A stretch of 35,845 nucleotides of DNA, from NCBI GenBank assembly GCA_021162125.1, contig JAGGZG010000298.1, forward strand, positions 1 to 35,845. The letters run 5' to 3'. A program made the translations under genes and the position numbers. Each line of letters opens with the position of its first letter. The stretch's first letter is position 1. Below, piece by piece: positions 16,503 to 23,300 of the stretch. The notes below the pieces were generated by a model, which had not been told where the DNA came from, ran no database searches, and worked only from the letters and a program-made list of their open reading frames with translations. This stretch comes from Anaerolineae bacterium (GTDB taxonomy: Bacteria > Chloroflexota > Anaerolineae > JACIWR01).

Positions 16503-17267
16503 TTGAGGATTAAGTTTCTGGGCACCGGTGCTGCCGAGGGCATCCCGGCTATCAACTGCGACTGCGCCCATTGTGTCAGGGCCAGACAGGAAGGCGGCAA
16601 TTTGGTGCGGGCGAGGAACGCTCTCATCTTCTCGTTGCCACGCTACGAGTTGTTGATCGACACCCCGCCGGACATTAGATCATTGCTGTTCAAGAACAAA
16701 GTGCGCCGTATTGACGGTATCTTCATCACTCATGCCCACCACGACCATAGTGGGGGGCTGGAAGAGTTCCTTTACTGGAAAGCGGAAGTGGACCTTTTTG
16801 CCGAGCCAGCAGTGTACGAGGCTCTGCAACGAGAGAATTGGGGGGATAGATTGCCGGAGATCGCCTTCCACTGCGCTTTTCACCCCGGAATGGCCGTCCG
16901 TTTCGATGGTTTTTTCTTTACCCCCTTTGCCGTGTGCCATACGGTCCCCTGTTTTGGTTTGGTCCTCTACGAGGGCGGTCGCAAGATCGTCTACACTTCC
17001 GACACCAGCAACCGATTCAGCAACTACGCCTATTGCTTGATGAAGCAGGCTGATCTGCTCATCATCAGTACCCCCCGCTTTTCCCCACCCCATGATGGCC
17101 ACATCACCTCGATTGAAGCGGTCGAGTTAAAGGAGCGGGTAGGAGCCAAGCATTTGATCCTGACCCATTTTAACCACCACAACCGACCCTACGACGAACT
17201 GGCAAAGTGGGCGCAAGAACAAAGTGGAATCACGATCGCGTACGACGGCATGGAGATACTCGTTTAA
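16503..17267 (+). CDS. MBL-fold metallo-hydrolase, PhnP/PqqB-like (paralog 3)
   Basis: N-terminus MRIKFLGTGAAEGIPAINCDCAHCVRAR with an intact THAHHDHSGG motif. It starts 2 nt after the stop of paralog 2. Confidence 0.85.
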   Translation: MRIKFLGTGAAEGIPAINCDCAHCVRARQEGGNLVRARNALIFSLPRYELLIDTPPDIRSLLFKNKVRRIDGIFITHAHHDHSGGLEEFLYWKAEVDLFAEPAVYEALQRENWGDRLPEIAFHCAFHPGMAVRFDGFFFTPFAVCHTVPCFGLVLYEGGRKIVYTSDTSNRFSNYAYCLMKQADLLIISTPRFSPPHDGHITSIEAVELKERVGAKHLILTHFNHHNRPYDELAKWAQEQSGITIAYDGMEILV

Positions 17268-17293
17268 GCAAATCACATAGGAGTGACTATCAC

Positions 17294-18325
17294 ATGCCCA
17301 TCAAAGGTTTTGGCATCAACGCTCACAGTGGCCGGCTGGATGGCAACCTGGATCTCTTGGAACAAGACTTGATTCAGTTTCAGCGTGTCGGCTTCGATTA
17401 CGTGGAGATTCCGGCCCATGGGGTTGACGCCATCCTCAATGGACGGCTCAACCTCAGGCAGATGAAAAGGGTCAAAGATGTGCTGGCCAGATTCGACCTC
17501 AAATACACTGTGCACTGCTCCGACTGGCTGAATCTGATGGACGCTGAGAGATTCCCGTTGCACAAGAGCATCTTTGAGGCAAGCATCGAGTTTGCCAGCG
17601 AGATCGAGGCAGAGATATTGGTTTATCACAGCGGGCGGGTTGAGCTGGAGAGCGAGTATCTGGGGACACTGGCCCTTACCAGGGAACTCCTTTCCTTGCC
17701 TGACCAGGCTTTCGTCGAGGAGTGCAAGCGAATGGAGCGGGAGGCCCTGGCCGAACTCGCAGAGTTTGCCAGGGAGAAAGGGGTCACTATATGCGTGGAG
17801 AACGCTGACCCCCGTGTGGACGAGGAGGCGCTCTGGGAGCTCGTCCGCCGCCTGCGCGTGAAGGGCGTTGACCTTTTTTACCGCATCGCCCCCGCCGGTG
17901 ACATTGCCATCTATAACTACAGCGGGGTGGTAGACCGTCTGGTTGAGCAGGTGAAGGGGGTTGGCAAAGACAACGTGGGGCTGACTCTCGACTGTGGCCA
18001 CGCTTACATCGCCTCCCGATACTATGGCTTCGATTACCTTAAGTCCATTAAGTCGGCTACGCCATTTATCAAGCACGTCCACGTTCACGATGACTTCGGC
18101 CAGCCAGCAGGGCTTGACCGGCGGCAGATCGTGCTCATCGCCGAGGGGAAAGGGGACTTACACATGCCCGTCGGTTGGGGGGAGATACCCTATCGGGAGG
18201 TCTTCTCCCAGTTGAAAGGTTATGAGGGTGTCCTGATGCTGGAGCTTAGACCCCGCTACAGCCCTTACTACGCCGAGGCCCTTCAGGAGACACGCAGGCT
18301 TGCTGAGGAATGCGGTCTCGTGTAA
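17294..18325 (+). CDS. sugar phosphate isomerase/epimerase-like TIM-barrel protein (xylose isomerase-like, AP_endonuc_2 fold)
   Basis: ATG at 17294 is preceded by AGGAG (the ORF track starts at 17207 and overlaps paralog 3). Motifs ILVYHSG, ICVEN, LTLDCGHAY and HVHVHDDFG...GDLHMPVGWGEIPY fit the metal-binding TIM-barrel family. Confidence 0.85.
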   Translation: MPIKGFGINAHSGRLDGNLDLLEQDLIQFQRVGFDYVEIPAHGVDAILNGRLNLRQMKRVKDVLARFDLKYTVHCSDWLNLMDAERFPLHKSIFEASIEFASEIEAEILVYHSGRVELESEYLGTLALTRELLSLPDQAFVEECKRMEREALAELAEFAREKGVTICVENADPRVDEEALWELVRRLRVKGVDLFYRIAPAGDIAIYNYSGVVDRLVEQVKGVGKDNVGLTLDCGHAYIASRYYGFDYLKSIKSATPFIKHVHVHDDFGQPAGLDRRQIVLIAEGKGDLHMPVGWGEIPYREVFSQLKGYEGVLMLELRPRYSPYYAEALQETRRLAEECGLV

Positions 18326-18353
18326 GTCCTACCATTGAATCGAAGGAGCAAAC

Positions 18354-18689
18354 ATGCAACTGATCATCGCCATAGTCAGAGACGAGGACGCAGGCCAGGT
18401 AGCCGAGGCTCTGAAGAGCAATGGCCACATGCTGACCAGATTCAACACCACGAGTGGATTTCTGATGATGGGCAATGCCACGCTTCTCATTGGTGTGGAG
18501 GACTCACGGGTGGACGACGTACTGGATATTATCAGAGCCAACTGTCACCCTCGCACTGAATTTGCCCCTCCGCCGTTAACCGAGAGGCCCAGGGGGTTTC
18601 CCCCGATCTCGCCGGAAGCAGTACAGGAGGTAGAGGTCGGCAGAGCTGTCGTTTTCATCCTGGACGTGAAGAGATGCGAGAGGTTGTGA
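18354..18689 (+). CDS. darA: cyclic-di-AMP receptor, PII-like (DarA/PstA, YaaQ family)
   Basis: MQLIIAIVRDEDAGQVAEALKSNGHMLTRFNTTSGFLMMGNATLLIGVEDSRVDDVLDIIRAN...VEVGRAVVFILDV is colinear with B. subtilis YaaQ/DarA as I recall it (MKLIVAVVQDQD...[23 protein letters not shown]...VEVGGATVFVLPV). GAAGGAG RBS, 28 nt after the TIM-barrel gene. Confidence 0.85.
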   Translation: MQLIIAIVRDEDAGQVAEALKSNGHMLTRFNTTSGFLMMGNATLLIGVEDSRVDDVLDIIRANCHPRTEFAPPPLTERPRGFPPISPEAVQEVEVGRAVVFILDVKRCERL

Positions 18690-18759
18690 GCCCGTATTGT
18701 GGGAAAGAAAAGAACTGGTATGAGTGATCGCCAAACGAGGCGTATTACCCCTGAGGCGT

Positions 18760-18785
18760 CGCAGGCCGCCTGCGCGATTTTGTTT
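18760..18785 (+). terminator. weak intrinsic-terminator candidate after darA
   Basis: cgcagg-ccg-cctgcg (6-bp stem) followed by the T-rich tract gattttgtttc. Confidence 0.35.
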
Positions 18786-18804
18786 CATTAGTCTGAAACT
18801 GGAC

Positions 18805-18833
18805 TTGCTTCCCCCCCTGTTCCGTGCTACAAT
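18805..18833 (+). promoter_or_regulatory. sigma70 promoter with extended -10 (TTGCTT-17 nt-TGcTACAAT) for the rpn-like gene
   Basis: TTGCTT at 18805-18810 and TACAAT at 18828-18833 preceded by TGc. AAGGAG RBS 5 nt before the ATG at 18906. Confidence 0.6.
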
Positions 18834-18905
18834 ATACGGCAGGGGTTTTTAAGTTACAGGCTGGATGGTACGCTTCTCAACAAGCCCTCGTCAGAAGGAG
18901 TTGCC

Positions 18906-19817
18906 ATGGGGAAAGCGGACATCGGCAGCAAGCGGCTGCTGGAGACGGAAGCGGAGACGTGGGTACGTTGGTTGTTGGACGATCCCAGCTTGCGAGTAGA
19001 GGCCACCCTGTCAGGGGAGTTTCAATTCGTGCTGCGTCAGAATGACGTGTTGCTACGAGTGCAAGGCAAGCGGGGGCCGTTTCTGATGCTGGCCGAATCG
19101 CAGTTGCACTTCGACCCCACGATGCCCCGCCGGATGAGGGCCTATGCCGCCCTGGCAGAGGAGAAGTACGCCCAGCCGGTGTATCCGATAGTGTTCTACT
19201 GGCTGCCCCCGCAAGGCAGGCGGGAACTGGTGGGTCACTACCACAGCGAGTTCATGGGGCTGGTGGCCCATCAGGACTTCCGGGTGGTGCCGGCCTGGGA
19301 GATTGACGCGCGGGAAGTGCTGAGCCGGGAGATCATGGCGTTGGTACCTTTCGTGCCGCTGATGCAGGGAGCGGACGAGGAGATAGTTCGGGAGGGGGTA
19401 TCTCTGCTGCGGAAGCGGGACATGGGAGAAGAGGCGGAAGTGGTGTTGGGGTTATTCGCCAGTTTCGTGATGACCCCGGAGCAAGTGTGCAGAATAGTGA
19501 GGTGGAACATGGTAGTGCTACGCGAGTCACCGTGGTACCAGGAAATTGTGCAAGAGGGCCTCCAACAGGGCCTCCAGCAGGGCCTCCAGCAAGGTCTCCA
19601 GCAAGGGGTGCTTGAAGGCCAGCGAGAGGCAATCCTTCACCTTCTGCGGGCGCGTTTTGACCTCTCAATGGCGGCAGCGGATGAGGTGGGAAAGCAACTT
19701 CGCGAGATCGAAGACCCGGCTCTCCTGCGGACGTTGGTGGTAGAAGCAGCACAAGCGGAGAACTTGAAAACGTTCCTGGCCGCGCTGGATGGGGAGAGGG
19801 GCAACCTGACGAAATGA
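18906..19817 (+). CDS. Rpn-family recombination-promoting nuclease/putative transposase-like protein (PD-(D/E)xK N-domain + DUF4351-like C-domain)
   Basis: N-domain pattern ...RQNDVLLRV...FLMLAESQLHFDPTMPRRMRAY, matching the D...E-x-Q..d..m..R..Y motif of YhgA/Rpn (Transposase_31). C-terminus WYQEIVQEG(LQQG)n...REAILHLLRARF..., as in DUF4351 tails. Confidence 0.75.
   Translation: MGKADIGSKRLLETEAETWVRWLLDDPSLRVEATLSGEFQFVLRQNDVLLRVQGKRGPFLMLAESQLHFDPTMPRRMRAYAALAEEKYAQPVYPIVFYWLPPQGRRELVGHYHSEFMGLVAHQDFRVVPAWEIDAREVLSREIMALVPFVPLMQGADEEIVREGVSLLRKRDMGEEAEVVLGLFASFVMTPEQVCRIVRWNMVVLRESPWYQEIVQEGLQQGLQQGLQQGLQQGVLEGQREAILHLLRARFDLSMAAADEVGKQLREIEDPALLRTLVVEAAQAENLKTFLAALDGERGNLTK
19557..19604 (+). 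repeat. perfect-period 12-nt tandem repeat x4 encoding (GLQQ)4 inside the rpn-like gene
   Basis: ggcctccaacag ggcctccagcag ggcctccagcaa ggtctccagcaa. Confidence 0.9.
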
Positions 19818-20026
19818 ACTGCTGGAAATGTGATCGTCCGGCTCATGGGATCTGCTGCTTCTGCGGACGGGCCGTTTGCAAGGAGCACGCGCAGACTCTG
19901 GTGCGCATCGCGCATATTTATCACACTCGTGATGGAAAGCATATGGCGCTAGTAGTACCCGATGCGCTGTATTGCGGGGAATGCCAACCTCGCCAGGATC
20001 CCATCGAACTGGAGAGCCTGGAATAG
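19814..20026 (+). CDS. small Cys-rich zinc-ribbon protein (DUF2180-like)
   Basis: 70 aa: MNCWKCDRPAHGICCFCGRAVCKEHAQ...YCGECQP, i.e. CxxC...CxxC...C..H and a CxxC pair. Its start overlaps the rpn-like stop (ATGA at 19814-19817). Confidence 0.6.
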   Translation: MNCWKCDRPAHGICCFCGRAVCKEHAQTLVRIAHIYHTRDGKHMALVVPDALYCGECQPRQDPIELESLE

Positions 20027-20027
20027 C

Positions 20028-20059
20028 ACGCGGGGAGGCGGCCATCCACCTCCCCGCGT
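20028..20059. terminator. bidirectional stem-loop between convergent genes
   Basis: acgcggggagg (20028-20038) and cctccccgcgt (20049-20059) form perfect 11-bp arms with a 10-nt loop. It starts 2 nt after the TAG of the zinc-ribbon gene and lies 24 nt from the stop of the minus-strand small gene. Confidence 0.55.
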
Positions 20060-20082
20060 AGAAGTCCCAATGGCGTGTGTTC

Positions 20083-20304
20083 TCACACACCCAGGCCGAT
20101 GCCGTGTCCTTTCTGGATGCGCTTGTCCAGGGTACCAGCGAAAGCCTTCAGGCTCCCGGCATCCAGCGCCTCCAAAGCCGCCAGTTCCTGCGGAGTAAGG
20201 TCGTAATCCTTACACGCTTCGGCTGCGTTCTCGATTAGCGCCTCGCGGAACTCCGCATCCGTGGCCGCCCGGCCAATGATCATCTGTACTGCTTCTAAAG
20301 ACAC
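20083..20304 (-). CDS. small helical protein resembling NHLP/Nif11-type leader or LigA-like domains
   Basis: 73 aa with a GTG start preceded by the perfect SD AAGGAGGTGA at 6-nt spacing. The sequence MSLEAVQMIIGRAATDAEFREALIENAAEACKDYDLTPQELAALEALDAGSLKAF fits the ..D..FR..L..nP..A...Y.LT.eE..AL pattern of those families. The C-terminus is KGHGIGLGV. Confidence 0.6.
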   Translation of the reverse strand: MSLEAVQMIIGRAATDAEFREALIENAAEACKDYDLTPQELAALEALDAGSLKAFAGTLDKRIQKGHGIGLGV

Positions 20305-20363
20305 GTTTAATCACCTCCTTCACCCCGATTGAGTGCTCGCTGACGAGCCAGATCCGCCCTTCG

Positions 20364-20393
20364 AGTAGGGGCGAACGGCCGTTCGCCCTTACT
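20364..20393. repeat. 30-nt GTAGG-type palindrome overlapping the cyclase-gene stop codon
   Basis: agtaggggcgaacgg|ccgttcgcccttact: 15-nt arms with a single G-U position. The TAA stop (20389-20391 on the minus strand) lies inside the stem. Confidence 0.6.
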
Positions 20394-23300
20394 TAACCCC
20401 CAGATCCCGGAAGATGCGTGAGGCCGTCGCTGTACAGCGCGCCGCTTCCTGGTCTTCCCCTTGAGTCTTGAGGAATTCAGCGTAACTGCGCCAGCACCTC
20501 GCCAGCTCAAACATATCTCCCGCGCCCTGCAGCAATTCTAACGCTCGCTCGAAGTGCGTTCTGGCAGCAGTAGCTGATTGTGTTTCCCCCTCGCCAGCAG
20601 CTCTGGCAGCGTACACCCGACCCAGGACGTGGTGCGCGACTCCATCGTCGTGCTGGCTGCCCGTCTCCTGGGCCACCTGCAGGGCTCGCTCGCCGTGGCG
20701 AAGCGCCGCATCCACCTCCCCTGCCGCCAGGTATGCCCGCGCCAGGACTGCACAGGCTTCCGAGAGAATCATTTTGGAGCCCAGGGACTCCAGGATGTCC
20801 ACCGCCCGCTGCGCACCAGCGATTGCCGACTGATGGTCACCCTGATCCACGCGCACGGCGGCGATGTTGATCAGTGAGTTGGCTACAAACAAGGTGTGCC
20901 CCGTTGCCTGGTGAATCTCCAGACTGCGGCGGTGGTAATCCAACGCGCGGTCGTACTCGCCCAGGTGATGATAAGCCATACCCAGGTCGTCGTAGCAATT
21001 GGCGATGCCTGCCCGGTCACCGATTTCCTCACGGATAGCCAAGCTATCCCGATGACGAGCAATAGCCTCCGCGTAACGCCCCATACTCTGATAGCAGATG
21101 CCCAGATTGTTGTAGACCATGGCCACGAAATAGGTGTACCCGATGCGACGGGCCGTCTCCAGACAGCGCTGATAAGCCGCCAACGCGCGCTCGTAGTCAC
21201 TCTGCAAATATGCCAGGGTGCCGAGATTGTTGTAAGATAGTACGATCCCATACAGATCGCCAGCCTGTTCACGGGCACGCAGCCCACGCCCGTAGAAAGC
21301 CTCCGCGCGACCGTAGTCGCCCAGGACGGTGTATACCACCCCCAGGTTGGTGTACACCCAGCCCTCGCTGACCAACGTCTCGCGATCCTCGGCCAGGCGA
21401 TCCAAAACGCCCAGCGCCCGTTCGCCCAGGCGGATGGCCTCCTGGTAGTTACCCTTGCGCATGTGCACGCTGCCCAGGTCCGAGAGGACGCGCACCATCT
21501 GCCGCGAAGTACGGCCCGCCGGATCGGCCTCCAACGTCGCGCAGGCAGCCAGCAGCCCCTCCAGTGCCGCGTCGTAATCCCCCTGCTTTTCGAAGATCAT
21601 CGCCGCCTTGCGCTGGATACGTGCCCGCTGTTCCGCCGATAGAATCGTTCCACCCGCCTCCAGTGCCGCCTGGTAATTTTCAGTGGCTCGCTCGTACTGG
21701 CCCACCAGGGCCTGAACGTCAGCCAGATTGAGGTAAGCATTCGCCAACTGCAGATCGTTGGTCGTGTGCCGCCGCCCCAGCTTGATGAGACGAATCGCCT
21801 CCTGGTAGTAGCGGATGGCCGCATCGTTGGCGAAGGCAGCCTTCGCCCGATCTCCGGCCTTGAGCGTGTACTCCAACGCTTTAGCCCGCTCCCCGCTGCG
21901 GCCGTAATGGTAGGCCAGCAGGTCGTAGGCTTCCTCCAGACGGCCAGCGTAAATGTCCTCGTAGTAGCGTGCAACGCGACCGTGCAACTCACGGCGGCGG
22001 GCGTAGCTCAGGCTCTCGTAGGCCACCTCCTGGGTGAGAACGTGCTTGAATTGATAGTGCAGGTCGGGCTCCGGGCTCTTCAACGGGGTAAGGTCCACCC
22101 GTTCCAGGATGTCCAACCGGCAACGCAGAACTTCCTCCAAAATAGGCCAGGGGTAAATGGCACGCAACACTGAGTAGGGGAAGATGCGGTCAATGCACGC
22201 GGCCACTTTGAGCACGTTTCGGCTGCCCTCGTCCAGGCTGTCAATGCGGCTCATCACCACGCCGCGCACGGTGTCGGGGATTTCGACGCCCGCCAATTCG
22301 CCCACCAATCGGTATCGTCCATCGTCGGGCAACAGGTAGCCCCGATCCACCAAGACGTGCACGACCTCTTCTATGTAGAATGGATTGCCCTGCGCTTTGG
22401 CCAGGATCATATCGCGCAGGGCCGGCGGCAGGTCAGGCAGATTCAGCAAAGAACTGACCAACTCAACCCGCTCTTTCGCGTCCAACTCTTCGAGTTGGAT
22501 CACCGTGTAGTGGCCAAGCTCTTTCCACGCCGTCCGATCGAGGGTCGGGCGATGGACGGCCAGGAGGAGAAGTGGATCGTCATCACAATGGCGGGCGACG
22601 TGCGACAGCAACTCCAGCGAGATGGGATCCGCCCAGTGCAGATCCTCGAAGAGCAGGAGCAGGGGGGACTGGTGTGCCCTGGCCCGCAGCAGGCGCACGA
22701 CGATGTCGAAGAAACGCTCTTTGCGCAGCCTGGCATCCAGGGATCGAGTAAGCCGCGTGTCGGGCTCGGATAAGCCCAGGACACCGGCCACGATGGGTAA
22801 CCACTGCACCAGTTCGGCGTCCACTGCCCCCAGCCCCGCCCGCAACTTTTCACGGCGCGTCGCCGGATCATCGTCGGCCTGCCAGCCGAAGAACTCGCGC
22901 AGCACCGCAATCCACGGCAGGTAAGGGATGGTCGAGCCGTAGGAGACACACTCGCCGTGCAGGACCTGCATCCCCACCCCGCCGGCGTGGGCGAGCAATT
23001 CATCCACCAGGCGCGACTTGCCTACCCCCGCCTCACCGACGATGGACACCACCTGTCCCTGTCCACCCAGCACCCGCCCGGTGAGCTCTTTAAGACGAGC
23101 CATCTCCGCCCCGCGCCCGACGAAGGGGCCGTGACGCGCTGCACGGCGGGCCAGTCCCTCGTCCCGGCGCAATCCCAGGGCCGCGCACACGGGCACCGGC
23201 TCGGGCTTACCCTTGACGACGACGGGGGACAGGTCTTCGCAGATGAAGCCAGTATCCAAATAGCGGCGGGTGGTGGGGCTGATCAAAACCTGTCCGATCT

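Noticed and set aside
17207-17293. Upstream extension of the TIM-barrel ORF overlapping the end of MBL paralog 3
   Set aside because: The extension overlaps the preceding gene by 61 nt in another frame and encodes an Arg/His-rich peptide. The ATG at 17294 has an AGGAG RBS and begins the conserved domain.
18719-18790. 23-codon ORF (MSDRQTRRITPEASQAACAILFH) between darA and the rpn-like promoter
   Set aside because: It has no RBS and overlaps the putative darA terminator hairpin. It is too short and unremarkable to support.
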